Origin: Felis catus
Lineage: Eukaryota
Length of the DNA: 64,000 nucleotides
Direction of reading: 5' to 3'
NCBI RefSeq assembly: GCF_018350175.1
Contig: NC_058369.1
Coordinates: 23,190,001 to 23,254,000, forward strand
The notes below the pieces were generated by a model, which was not told the origin of the DNA, searched no databases, and saw only the letters and a list, made by a program, of their open reading frames with translations. Numbering within the stretch: the first letter of the stretch is position 1; the number at the start of each line of letters is the position of its first letter. Positions 37,020 through 49,589 of the stretch are shown here, one piece after another. The translations under genes and the position numbers were made by a program.

Positions 37020-38289
37020 GTAAGTGACTGATGAGGAGGGAGCTCCACTGTACCCACTTCTGTACCGGGAGGCCATCCTAGGAGGTGGCCACCGCAGGGA
37101 CATGGAGACAATGGGCCCTTTTGATGGCATTTGGGGTTTATAACTCTCCTGCTGGTTGGAAAAACTGCAGATAGGCCTGCTTTGTGCATTTGGCCAAAAC
37201 CAGCTCCTGTCTGGTCCCTTCTGCTGTGGATTAATCCAGACCCTTCCTCAGTGCCGTTTATGGGGCGTTGCTGCCCTCAGGGGAGCCTGGCCAGACAGCA
37301 GAAGGCTCTGCCCACCACAAAGTCAGGGCCACAGTGCACTTGTAGGGACACCATGGGCCAGCCCTTATTTTTAAAGAGCGGCTTAGCAGGCCCTTATTTT
37401 AAAGAGCTTAGCAGGCCCACCTCCCATTTGCACGGCTGGCAGTGTATTTCCTGGGCCGTCTCAGCCTTCCCCATCCTGGCCACACTGCCAGCAGCACACA
37501 CGCTTCTTTCCCGCGCGGATTCAGCCTTCGGCACTGTATCAAAAGCTTTCCTTATGCCCAAGACTTAACCCCGTCTGTCTTCTTGTTACTTCCTCAATAA
37601 ATCAGATTTGTTCGACATGGCTGCCTTTGCATGAATGTAGGCAGACTGTCCTTAATTAAATTGTCACTTCCCATGAGTTCCTGCCTTGATCCTTGTTCTT
37701 TCCTTTCTCTGTGGTATCTCTGTGCAGGGCCATGGTTCTCTGCCCTCACCCTCCCTGATTTGTCCAGGGTTCTTTCTGCAGTTTCACCATTGAGACACAA
37801 ATGTTTCTGTCCCTCAGTCTGTCCTATTTCCCAAAGGGTTGTTGAGGGGAACCACCTGGACTCCCCAGCTGGGTTACCGGGCCTTTCAGAAACATGGCCA
37901 GCATCACTGTTCTCTGGCTGTCATTTTTCTTCTCATCAAGTCCTCTACTCCCTGGACATCTCAGCTAGCATAAATCTTGGATTCTCTTCCTTGCCTATAA
38001 ATTGCAAGAGGTGTATCTGTTTTAGAAATTTAGCCGATTTCCTTCTTCATCTGTACTAAGACTCTTTAAACTCAAGTTAAAACAAAATAATGGCTGGTTG
38101 GTTAAAAGCTACTTCCTAACCTGCCCTCTTTTCCCAGGGGCTGGTGGCCTGATGTCAAGTCAGCTCAACGACCTGATACGGTTTACATCTCCTTGTTCTT
38201 TTAAACGTGGTCATTGGGGTCTTTACATTGTACTGTGCCTGATGCCCATGCCCTCCCTTTTCAACCTGCTCTTCCCAAGAAGCAGGCTA

Positions 38290-38500
38290 GCGCAGTTGTG
38301 AGGGGCACCCCTCCAGGCATTAGCCTACCTGGGTTCAGATCCCACGTTAGTTATTTGCTGGCTATTGATCCCAAGCATGCAATTATCCTCTCCGTGCCTC
38401 AATTTTGTTGTTTTGTTCTTTTTTCCCAATAAAATGAGTATGATGATAATACTCATCATATGACATCAGTTGTGAATCTTAAATGTGTAAATATGCCAAG
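38290..38500 (+). mobile_element. MIR
   Basis: cctgggttcagatccc…cctctccgtgcctcaattt…taaaatgag. Confidence 0.7.
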
Positions 38501-40019
38501 GGATGAAAAGGTATTTATACCACTGTGCAGACATGGTGAGGCCCGTGAGTGGTGGCTGTTCTTCATACCATTCTCATCATCATTAATCCTCAGGGAACCT
38601 TCTCGTTAATGAAGGTCCCGTGGACTTACAGCTGCTAAATTGTCTCGTGAGTGTCTGAAGGGTGCATTCCATTGTTTTCCTTCCTCTTCCATCTTTACTT
38701 TATCGGTTGCTTTATTTTGACCTCCCTGGACCTTTTTGTTTCCTTTCCCAGAAGGCTGGAACCTTGTTGTCAACATGCTTCTCCATCAATTTCCTCTCAT
38801 CCATTTTGATTAACGTGGGAGGCAAACTGGAGTATGCTTGCTCTTACTTCAGAGTCCTGCCATCCAGGGAGCAGGTCCTCTGCTCCTAAGCACAGAGCTG
38901 ATGATGCTCTCACTTCTCCTTTGTGTGGAAGCGATTTATTACTTGGCTCACTTTATCTATCACCTATGCTCCAGTTAATTTTCAATGAGCTAATATCTCC
39001 TCTTATTAATAGTGGTTTCCCTGCCCTATCATCTTTTTCCCAGATTCCCAGACTCCTGAGCATGTTCTTCACCTCCATCTGACTCATAGGACTGGGCAAG
39101 GGGGGGGGGGGGGTCCACCTTCAGAATTCCCACATCTCCTACACGTTCAGTGTTCTTACTCTGCTTACAGTGGTCTCTCGTCTCTCTGACTCGGGTCCCT
39201 TGCCTCGTCTCTTTGAGGAACATGGCATACTCAAAGTGTCAATTCCTTCATCACCAGCATGTCTGGGGAAACCCAGGTCACCGTTTGTCTCCTAGAGATT
39301 TGCACTTCATTGATTGGAGAATGCTGGAACCCATACAAAGCATCTTTGTGAAGTCTACACAGGATCCACCCTGCCCATATGTCCACCTCTGGGGTTTGCG
39401 TGTGAGTAGCAGAGGGCAGGCTTTTGGTCAAGATCTGGGAAAGCACCTTGCAAGCAGGGCCAACTGAGGAAGAAGCAGCTTGAGTCTGCCCAGCTGCAGA
39501 GAACGTCTTGGAAGGTGCATCCTACTTCTCTTGGCAGCTCGGCTCTAGTTGAATAAAATAACGGTATTTATAACATAGACCCTGTATCCTTCCAAAAAAA
39601 GATGTGAGGTCACATAAACTATTAAAACACGTGCAAAATAGATTGGCTAAATTTAAAATTTTTTAAAGAGAAAGAAATTAGAAACCATTTAGAGGAGGAT
39701 GAGCAGAACCGCTGGCCCAGGCTCCAGGTGACTTAGGCATCACATCAACAACACAGTGAGTAGAACAGATCTTCAGGGACCCATGAGCCAAGAAGCGAGG
39801 CTGAGCCACCCATAGCCCAGCCTGAATCCCTGGTGTTGATCACCTCTGGGAAGGAAAAAATAGCTTTTAAAATGGTATTTATTCTTTGGTTATGAATTCC
39901 CAGAGAAGGTTGAAGGAAGTGAGGATATTTTTCTTACTTCTGTTGCCTGTTAGTCATTCCCAAACTCTCCACAGGGAACATGATTATTCCTATAAAGAGG
40001 AAAAAAAACTAATATAAAT

Positions 40020-40240
40020 AATAGTAACTGACATATATTTGAACTCTTCCTACAAGCCAGCTCTCCTATAAGTGCTCTATGTGGATGACCTGGTTTATTC
40101 TACACAATCGTCCTTTGAAGTAGGTGTTATTGCCATCCTCATTTTGCAGGTGAGGAAACTGAGACAGAGAACTGATTGGTCCACGGGCTCACAGTATGGA
40201 TTCCAGCCCAGGCAGTCTGGCCCCAAAGCTCTTGACCACA
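40020..40240 (-). mobile_element. MIR
   Basis: taggtgttattgccatcctcattttgcaggtgaggaaactgagacagaga…cccaggcagtctggcccca. Confidence 0.8.
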
Positions 40241-40676
40241 TCGGTATGCCTTAGAGAGAGCCTTTGCGTCCAAGAGTCCTTGAAGACTGTATCAGTGCCT
40301 CAGTATTCTCATAGTATCCTCCCCGGAGTGGTGCAGCAAAGATGGGGGTCCTTGCACCCAGATGCTAAACAAAAGCTTGCCATGGGGTGTTGTTGCAATT
40401 ACCAGCCTGTCAGATCCTGCCTCTGGTCCAACTGACATCCCTTTGTTGCCGTGTGAGCCTTGTCTACAGCCCTGCAATTAACTCATGTTTCTCCTTACCT
40501 AGGATGATTCTGGAGGAAATGTCCTTTGTGTCTTCTTTCTAAAGCCCCATGAACCTCTTCTCCCGGGGTAAATTTCTGAGAACTGTGCCCATTTAGGTTG
40601 TTCTTTTTTATACCTACTCCAGTGTCTCTGCAGTTCATGCTTGAGCCCAGGACCCCAAACCAAGCACAGCCCACCT

Positions 40677-40679
<3 letters not shown>

Positions 40680-40727
<48 letters not shown>
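40680..40727. repeat. Perfect (GA)n microsatellite
   Basis: Uninterrupted AG repeat of about 48 nt. Confidence 0.97.
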
Positions 40728-40731
<4 letters not shown>

Positions 40732-41022
40732 TTGATTTTGTTGTACAGATGCTCTGTGCCCGAGTCTGTTTTCATATTCTGGGTAAATGCTTACTGGAAA
40801 TGATAGACCTGTTTATCTCCTGCTTCTCCTTTCCCCTTTAATCTGTTGGAGTGGCCCAGATTGCATGTCTTTGGGGGCCTGGATGTGCGTGCCACTTGTG
40901 CACCAGGAAAGGTGAGGCTCGTGTTCTGATGTGGATAACAAACCACCATTAGCAGGATAAGGTATCATTATATACTTACGCATAAAACCTAAGGTGATCA
41001 ACAAATATCTGAGGGAAACTTC

Positions 41023-41618
41023 CTTGTTTTTAAATATAATTTATTGTCAAACTGACTTCCATATACTACCCAGTGCTCATCCCAACAAGTGCCCTCCTCA
41101 GTGCCCATTACCTACTTTCCCCTCTCCCCCACACCCCGACAACCCTTAGTTTGTGTTCTGTATTTAAGAGTCTCTTATGGTTTGCCTCCCTCCCTTTCCA
41201 TTTGTAATTTTTGTCCCCCTCCCCCATAGTCTTCTGTTAAGTTTCTCAAGATCCACATAGGAGTGAAAACATACAATATCTGTCCTTCTCTGACTGATTT
41301 ACTTCACTGGACATTACTCCAGTTCCGTCCACGTTGCTGCAAATGGCCCGATTTCATTCTTTCTCGTTACCAAGTAGTATTCCATTGTATATATAAACCA
41401 CATCTTCTTTATCCATCCATCAATCGTTGGACATTTAGGCTCTTCCCATAATTTGGCTCTTGAAAGTGCTGCTGTAAACATTGGGGTACAAATGCCCCTA
41501 TGCATCAGCACTCCTGTATCCCTTGGGTAAATTCCTAGTAGCGCTATTGCTGGGTCATAGGGTAGATCTATTTTTAATTTTTTGAGGAAACTCCACACTG
41601 TTTTCCAGAGCGTCTACG
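41023..41618 (-). mobile_element. 5'-truncated LINE-1 (carnivore/feline type; ORF2 C-terminus + 3'UTR) with 13-bp TSD
   Basis: ORF 41314..41598 = [24 protein letters not shown]…CTPMF…[14 protein letters not shown] (L1 ORF2 C-terminus); TGAGGGAAACTTC at 41010-41022 and 41619-41631. Confidence 0.96.
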
Positions 41619-42540
41619 TGAGGGAAACTTCTTTAGTAAGCTTTAACACAGGAGGAAGAGCTGTAGGCTCCCAATGGGACCAGAAGCATGACCACTAGCT
41701 TGAGCATGGGTGCTTTGAATGGTCAGCAAAGCTGCCTCAGCTTCAGGGTGCAGGCGAGAGACAGACTCACTGGGGGCTCTGGGAAGCACGTGTGACCTGG
41801 ATAACGCAGGGGCCAGGGGAAGGAGGATGGCTTTTATCGACCGGGGAGCCTGATCACCATCACCAGAAAACTATTTTCAGCTCGGAGAGGTTTGACCTTT
41901 ATTTTATCAGCTACACTATGATGAAAGCTGCTTTCATGTGCACCGCATTATCACACTTGCATCAGATAGGAAAAAAGAGAGGTATATCATTGATGCTTTA
42001 ATTTGCTCTTCTTTGACACCATTAAGTGGAACATCTGCACGGGTGATTTTTTTAATGACTACATAATATGCTAACATATGGGCACACCCAGACTTGTTGG
42101 GGAACTTTCCTCCACCAGGCCATGTTCATTTCTCCAGTTGCTCATCGCTGTCGTCCAGGTAGTGGCAAATTCAAGGGCTATTTGGACAGCTCTGAGCAGC
42201 ACCGTCGATCACGCCCTTCCTGGCCTGGTTGGGGTGTATAGCTTCCTTACCGCCCCACCGCTCTGGTCTCTGCTCCGCGTATGCCTCTGCCATCCTGTCT
42301 TGTGCGCTAGCTGTACTTACTGTAAGATGTGTGGGGTCAAACCTCCGTCTCCTCAGATGGAAAAGTGACATTTCTAGACCGTTTCAGTCTTCCAGTGCTG
42401 TTTCCATCACTCAGTCCATTGAAAAAGTACAAAACCCCCTTTCCTCTTGTGGCAACAAGGACAGAAACCACCTTCCTGTCAGCCCTAGTTCACAGTACCA
42501 GACGGGAGAGCCTACTGGAAAATTAAAACCTCAGACTGGT

Positions 42541-42738
42541 GGGGCACCTGAATGGCTTGTTTAGTTAAGCATCTGACTCTTGATTTCAGCTCAGGTCATG
42601 ATCATGATCTCACTATTTGTGGGATCAAGCCCCACTGTCATCGGAGAGCCCATTTGGGATTCTCTCTCTCCTTCTCTCTGCCCTTCCCTGACTCACGTGC
42701 GCTCTCTCTGTCTCTCTCTAAATAATAATCTTTTAAAA
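42541..42738 (+). mobile_element. Can-SINE, diverged, with internal deletion
   Basis: ggggcacctg…tttcagctcaggtcatgatc…gattctctctctccc; acctcagac on both flanks. Confidence 0.9.
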
Positions 42739-42924
42739 AGCCACCTCAGACATTTCATGGTCAAGTTTAAATTAAAACTTTTCTTTGATTTAAAAAAAAA
42801 ATCCAGAAATAACATACATTATTTTTATATTCATGCTCTACAGTTGTATATGAATGCTTTACATTTGTCCAAATGCTTTCTCTCCTGATTTGAGAAACAA
42901 AAATAATGACGTGGGTTTAAGGGG

Positions 42925-43065
42925 CAGAGAGCCTGTGTGACCGTAGACAAGTTTTTTTTCATTTTGTGCCTCAGTTTCCCCACCTGTAAAACAGGGATAA
43001 TAATTGTGCCTTATTTTGAGGGTTTTAAAACCTGAACCTGACACATAGTAAGAGCTTAGCAGACA
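42925..43065 (+). mobile_element. MIR
   Basis: gtgcctcagtttccccacctgtaaaacagggataataat…acatagtaagagct. Confidence 0.75.
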
Positions 43066-43689
43066 GTGTCTGTAAGTATTGTCTGGGCTTTATACGACTG
43101 ATCAACACCGTTATGCAGCACCTGATGGGATCCTGGGGTCTGGGAGGCCTCACTTAGAACACTTTTGATGGGATGAATGAAAGAGGAGTAAAGGTAGCCA
43201 CAGAGAGGTCACAGAACAGTGGTCTGTGTCACCAGTAAGACTTGAGTCTTGATATCCTGGGTTATTTCTCTTTACCATGGGCTGACCCTTTTTCATTCTG
43301 GGCTGACCTGCAGGTTGTAAAGAGCCACGATTTTAACACAGGAACTGGGGAGGGGGGCGCGGTGCAGGGGGGTTCCCATAATCCGTTATTTGTTCATGAG
43401 CAGCACTTCCAAGCAATGAAACCTATTAAGAGACATCAGAGTGCATCACAGAGTAAGGTGTATTTCTTATGTGGCTCACAGTCAAAGTTGGAAAGACATC
43501 GGTTTGGAGCATGGGCATCTGTGGTCAAGCAAACTCAAGCTTGAATTCTGATTCCTTAAGCTCTTGACCGGGGTCTGACATCAAAGGGAAGGGGGAGGAT
43601 GGTAATGACAGTGATTGGAGGTGATGACGGTGGACAACAAACATGTGCTCGGTGCTTAGGGTGGACGAGGCTGTCTTCTAAATATCAGT

Positions 43690-43830
43690 GCATCTGCTTC
43701 CCATGACAACTCCGTGAGTTGGGTGCTGTCTTTAGTTCCATTTTGTAGGAAAGGAAACTGAGACACAGAGAGGGTAAGCGAGTTGTCCAAGATCGTAAGC
43801 TCTGGCTCTGGAGTCCACTTCCTAACTATA
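43690..43830 (-). mobile_element. MIR
   Basis: ccattttgtaggaaaggaaactgagacacagagagggtaagcgagttgtccaagatc. Confidence 0.7.
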
Positions 43831-44456
43831 GTGCTATTCTGCATACAAGTAGGTGTTCAATAAGTGTAATCTGTTTTTGTTAAAATTGAAGAAAAGAGAA
43901 AGACCAGACTAATCATCCAACCATTTGCCTCCAGAGAGTATCAGTGACCTTGGCCTTGGAGCCGCCTGGGGATGATGCTGATTGTTCAGTGCTACTGGGG
44001 GTTGGGGGCGGGGTGGTAGGGACTCATGGAGAAGCTTACCTAATCTCCGACTTGCCTGGGGAATGTGAGAGGGGAGGGTCCCAAATGGCTTTAGGCAGGC
44101 ACCAGAAAGAGGAAAAATGAAAACCATGTTAAAGATAAATCGAGCCGTTCTTAAAAGTTAGAAAGTAGACTTAATTAGGACCAGCTCTCCCCATCCAAAA
44201 CCACAAAAGTTAAAATGGGAAAATATTTCCAGAAATGCCCATTATGTGTTGTTAAAAAATATCTAGAGTAAAATATATGTTTTATTTTATACATGCCTCC
44301 AGCTAAAAATTATGCTTTTGACTCTCTCTCACAGAAGACGGGAATGTGAACCCAAATCTAGACAGCCCCGAATCAAATTTAGGTTGCTTGCAAACATTAC
44401 AGTTTTCTATCGGCCAGATCTTAGTCAAGCTCCTCAGAGGAGAGAAGAGGGGAGAG

Positions 44457-44460
<4 letters not shown>

Positions 44461-44491
<31 letters not shown>
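44461..44491. repeat. A31 homopolymer
   Basis: Read directly. Confidence 0.9.
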
Positions 44492-44492
<1 letters not shown>

Positions 44493-45287
44493 AAGCACAA
44501 GGCCAGGAAAGAGTCTCTCCTGACAGGCTGTGGCATGTTAGCATCTGCTCCTGTTCCATTAAATGGCATACCCTTCGTCTCCCATTGGTGCCCATGTCTT
44601 TCATCACTGCGTCTGCTGTCCTTCTGTGAACCCACAGAAGGGCCACACATAATTAGAAGAGGTCAGCCAGGGGCGGGAGGAGAGCATGAGGCTCACTGTC
44701 CCTAGATGGGACCTCCAGAACTCAGATACCGGGTTGCCCTGTCACTGCCCGTGAACCATAAGCGAGACCATTAACTGGCTCAGATTTCTCCGAGAGCATT
44801 TGAAGATGCTTCGTGCCATAGAAAGCGAATCCCTGTCTTCCAAATGGTTGGCTTAAAAAAATACCATGTAGGAAAATATCTTTAACTTGATTATGTTTTG
44901 AAAAACGATTTCTTCATGACAAACTAGTACCCTTTTTGAAAACGCAACTTGTCCCCAGAGACATTCTTGCCCTCATGAGTGTTTTCGCGGTCGTTGGGGC
45001 TTCGTTCTCTGACTCTCAGGCGTCGTCCACATAGCCCAGGCTTTTTCATCGGGGCTGCCCCGAGGTTTACACGAGCACCCCAAACTGAAGTCGAAAGTCA
45101 TTTGTCGCTGTTAGCCTCTCTCCCCGGGTATAGCGGCTGTTGGATGTGTACTCTGGAGAAGCCCTGTTCTAGAGCGCCGGTGCTTGGCATGCACCACCAA
45201 ATGTGCTCCCTAGCTGCAGGACGCAAGCTGCCCAGAGGGCACGCAACCTAGGAAAGGACTAATACCAGCTTCCTTCTGTCGTTTCAG

Positions 45288-45359
45288 TTAAGAAACGCCA
45301 TGGTGAACCGAAAGACTGGGAAGTTCTCTATGGAGGTGAAGAAGACAGTGGACAAAGGG
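45288..45359 (+). CDS. CACNA2D3: CACNA2D3 coding exon (~19), 72 nt, phase 0-0: LRNAMVNRKTGKFSMEVKKTVDKG
   Basis: gtttcag|TTA ... GGG|gtacat (weak donor). Confidence 0.95.
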
Positions 45360-45439
45360 GTACATTTTTCTCAAACATTCTAGCCGCTTTACTTTAAAAC
45401 AAACCACTGTGAAAAATTAGCTTTGAAAGCTCTATCTGG

Positions 45440-45445
45440 AATAAA
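45440..45445 (+). terminator. Candidate intronic poly(A) signal
   Basis: AATAAA 80 nt after the weak exon-19 donor, followed by a U/GU-rich tract at about 45463-45483. Confidence 0.45.
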
Positions 45446-45616
45446 TATCTTTCGCTGAGATCATTTTTCTCTTGTCTTTACTTATCTCAAACAAGATTCA
45501 TGTAGTACTGTTAACGTGATCATAGCGTGTCCATTTATTTTTATTTATTTCTGAAAACGTCACCTAGCAGACTAACCATGTTTTCTTCTCTCTACGACTT
45601 TTTTTTTTCAATCTAG

Positions 45617-45678
45617 AAACGGGTTTTGGTGATGACAAATGACTACTATTATACAGACATCAAGGGTACCCCTTTCAG
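45617..45678 (+). CDS. CACNA2D3: CACNA2D3 coding exon (~20), 62 nt, phase 0-2: KRVLVMTNDYYYTDIKGTPF(S)
   Basis: Branch-point-like gactaac at 45570-45576, T tract, tctag|AAA ... CAG|gtagag. Confidence 0.96.
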
Positions 45679-47039
45679 GTAGAGCTGACCATAATACATG
45701 GACATTCCATCAGATCCATCACTTGTGTTTGTACAAAACCTGCTGACGCTCTCAGAGCTCGTCATCTGAAGATAACCAAACACCCTGCCGAAAGGCTGGA
45801 AAGAGTGAGGAAGGGGCTTTTCCCAGGCTGCTTTTGTTTCTGTTTTCCAGAAGGGGGAAGATGGTTCAGGCTCACCTAGGAAGACTCACTCAATTTGTCA
45901 TGGCTTTGCATCTCATTATCGAGCAAATAAGCTTTGGGGGTTCCAACTAAGGGTGGAGAGACCAGTTCAGAGGGTTACCAGGTTCCTTAACCATCTATCT
46001 AACTTGCTGCCCAGTGAGTTCCATTTCACCTTTTATTTCCATGATCAAAAAACAGGCCTTCAAACTAGGAAATAGCATATCCATCCTTACGTGTTGTGCT
46101 TCCATTTTAATTTCTCTGAAGTGTACTTCTGTGCTTGTCTACCTTTGAATCCTGTTATTTCTCTGTAAGAGTCCTGAAAAATGGCTTTGCCCCATTGCCT
46201 GCTCTCAGACATGCATGTGGCATTCTATAGTCTCCTGCTCCTGTGACCTTACTGCTGTAACACTTTTGTAGGAAGTGATTTCAGTGGGGCTGCTTCACAT
46301 TCCCGAGCTGGTGCCTCACAGAGCTAAGGAGAGAAAGAATTTACTGACTATAGGTTAACCTGAAAAATAAATGATGGCATCGCTGTCATAGACTGCCAGG
46401 GATCCCGAGTTTAATTGCAGTTGGAAGCAGAGCAATCGAGGGAACATGGGACCGCTAAGTGGGTTTGCCAAATGAAGAGACTGTGTTTTCAAAATAGATT
46501 CTCTTATTTTAGAAAGGAGCTTAAATCAAGCTCGTGAGAGTGGGAAAAATCTACTAGACCAGGGATAGGGTTGGGCACAGATGCCCACAATGCAATAATG
46601 TGGCTACATGCTAGTGGTAGTGGAAATTTTTATGTTCACCCTTGGAAGGTTCCCTAGTCCTAAGCTCTAGGGTCTGGAAAGACCCATCTGTGGCTGAATG
46701 TAGGGCAGGAGTATGTAAGGTAGTGGTGAGGACCAGGGCGCATGGCTCTCGAGAGGGCATCCGAAAGAAGGGCTAGCAGTTTGCCACGCCTCTTTCAAGA
46801 TGCACAAGAGCAGCCAATGGCTGCTGGCACTTCCAATCAGAAATTGCTTTGAAGCGGCTGATTGAACCTAAGAAAAATGAACACCAACTATAATCAGTGG
46901 GGTTTTGAAAGTAAACTGTTGGAAAAATTGTTTACAGAACATGAAGTGGAAATGTGAAAATGGAAAATAAAAAGTTAACCCACAAGTCTATTCCAGTCAA
47001 TGCCATGGATTTCAAGGTCTGCTTTGTTTCTCTGCACAG

Positions 47040-47107
47040 CTTAGGTGTGGCGCTCTCCAGAGGCCATGGGAAATATTTCTTCCGAGGGAATGTAACCATT
47101 GAAGAAG
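47040..47107 (+). CDS. CACNA2D3: CACNA2D3 coding exon (~21), 68 nt, phase 2-1: (S)LGVALSRGHGKYFFRGNVTIEE(G)
   Basis: ctgcacag|C ... AAG|gtaaga; split codon AG/C = Ser. Confidence 0.96.
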
Positions 47108-48538
47108 GTAAGATGATGCTTTGACCCGTTTTATCTTTTAGGATGGGGGAAAGACCCCAGACCCAGCCATTGGGTTCATGAAAGATCTTGCTCATCTGTT
47201 CAACCCTCTCTCCAATCCCTGGGCATTTGACTCAACTGATTGCTCACTTGACAAGAGCTTGCTTTCTGAACGGTGGGAATCCCCCCACTAGGGGTGGCTT
47301 TCTTTATGGTTTTATTTGTTTATATTCTGCTTTAATCCAGAATTTAATTTGTTTAATTCTGCTTTAAACCTGTTGAGCCAACTCATAGGATCATCCACCA
47401 ACTATCTTCTTCCCATGCAAAAAAAATCACGACCAAGAAAAATACAAAGTAGTGTAAAAATTCAAGCCCAGGAGGAATAAAATGAAAACAACGGTATGCA
47501 AGCCTTAGTCTTCTACAGTTGAGCCACAGATTTCATTTGTGCTTCAAGGCAGCCCAGGGGGAAAATATGATCATTTAAATGATATAGCTAGGTCAGAAAG
47601 AATAAGGAGCACCTTGAGATTCCCAGGTCCTCTTGTCTTCATAAAGCATAGGTGTACTCAAACTCCCAATGAACAGTAGCAGTTGTTACAGCCCTTGAAA
47701 CTTTTAAACCACTGCCACACCCGTACTGCCCTTTACAACAACCCGGTAGCTCAGAGAAGTTGCCTTCCCCAGTATCACCAGTTCACAGGGAGGGGTGAGG
47801 CTGAGCTCTGAAAGTCTCCACTCCCCAAGTGGCCCTGAGTAAGTCACTCACCCAATCTGGGTGTTAGATTTTGCATCTCCACAGAGAAGGAGCAGGACCA
47901 GACCAGTGCTCTTTCTGGGTGTCCCCAGAAAGTATGGCGAAGAGCAGGAAGGTTGATTACAAGCCAGTTCTAATTGGTTCGAGCTGCTTACAAGTGCATG
48001 TAGTGAACTTCCAGAAGCTGGACCACTTTGGGGCTCTCTCCAATTTTGTAGTGGAGAGTGAAGAGATTGGTGGTCCCGAGATGCCAAGTTCCATAGCCAG
48101 CCTCTGGTCTACTGACAACTAGCGTGCATTGTTTTACAGGTGTGAGTCTTTGTCTCACAAGTCATTGTGAGAGCTTAAGGACTAGAAAGAAGATCGAAAG
48201 CTTCCGTTGTGCCCATTTCAGAGCTAATCAATCATATGGCCTCTTTTCCCAGAGACACATAAGACAGAGCAGGCAACTCTGTTACTTGGGCTAGATACTT
48301 AAAAGGATGTGTTCTCAGAAATTGCTTTTTTTTAACTTCTAGAATTTTCTGGTTGTATGAGCCCTGTGTGGCTCTGTGGATATCACTGTCCATGAAGCCA
48401 GAAAATACATGTCTAAACTATCTGAGGTGAAGCTGAGGGAACAGCTCATGGTCAGAACAATAGAGAGAGAGATTATTAATGGGTTATTTGCATCTCATGT
48501 GTCCATTTCCTTAGCCAATCCTCAGTACATGGGCTTAC

Positions 48539-48595
48539 CTCTTTCTCTGTCTGTCTTTCTGTCTCTCTCTCTCTGTCTCTCTCTGTCTCCCTCTG

Positions 48596-48659
<64 letters not shown>

Positions 48660-48660
48660 A
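48539..48660. repeat. Compound (TC/TCTG)n(CA)n microsatellite
   Basis: Read directly. Confidence 0.95.
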
Positions 48661-49589
48661 GTTGTTTTGCATTGTCTTTTGGGTCATTTCTTTAGCCATC
48701 ACCTCTCCCTGTATGTTCCACAGCTGTGAGGCTGAGAAGTCATAGAATTTCAGAGCTAACTATAATCACCATGCAAGAAATTAGTTTGAACCCAAGCAAG
48801 GGGGAGACTATCTGGTTATCCACACAAATGAGGTCAGATCTTGCTTTCTCTGTTGGTTCTCTATAAATAAGAGGGCTTGCAATCCTGCCAACTTGGAGTA
48901 CCTGAGCCTGAGAAAGCTACTTCCACTTGGGCCAAGTAGTAGAGGGTCCTGATCATAAGGGCCATGGCACAATTATTGTTCTGTTCTGTTCTTGGAGAAG
49001 GTAGGAGTTTCTTGGGGATGGCAACCACACTTCTGTGGGATCTTCCATAAGGAATGCTGCCCCACAGAATGTGGGAATTTTCAATATTGGGAATTTCCCA
49101 TTGTCATATGTTACAAAGGTGGTCAACAGGTAGACATTGTTCAAAATGTAAGGAGTTGCTACTGAGGCTGAAGGTATGGGTTATAGTTCCACTTGCTGAA
49201 ATTGTTTCTCTTCTGAATCTCCTTGGCATGCATATATATACATATATGCCATTATATACATACACAGAGAAAGAGAACATAGTAGTTGTTCAATAAATTA
49301 GAGCTTATGTCATTATTGTCCATGTTATCAGTCACCAGTAGATGTGGTTGTGTCAGAAGGACCCAAATCAGAGATGAGCAACTTAGAGAACAATTCAATT
49401 TCCTTGGTGGCCTGGGAACTCATAGAGGAAACCATCAGAACAATCTTCCCATCAGAGACTTATCTATAGGTCCTATGAAACAGAGGCAGAGTGGGCTTTG
49501 TGGATGAAGGTTGATGAGAACAGAAACTATAAAAATAGACTTGACATCATTAACCCAATATTCCAGGAAGGTGAGAGCCCATCCCAGGG

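Noticed and set aside
39100..39113. G homopolymers (also about 2619 and the C run at about 32096) as G-quadruplex elements
   Set aside because: Isolated homopolymers are common and error-prone in assemblies; no other support
40138..40156. attttgcag|gtgagg recursive-splice-like motif
   Set aside because: It is the standard MIR core (cattttgcaggtgaggaaactgag) with a poor pyrimidine tract; expected by chance from the repeat
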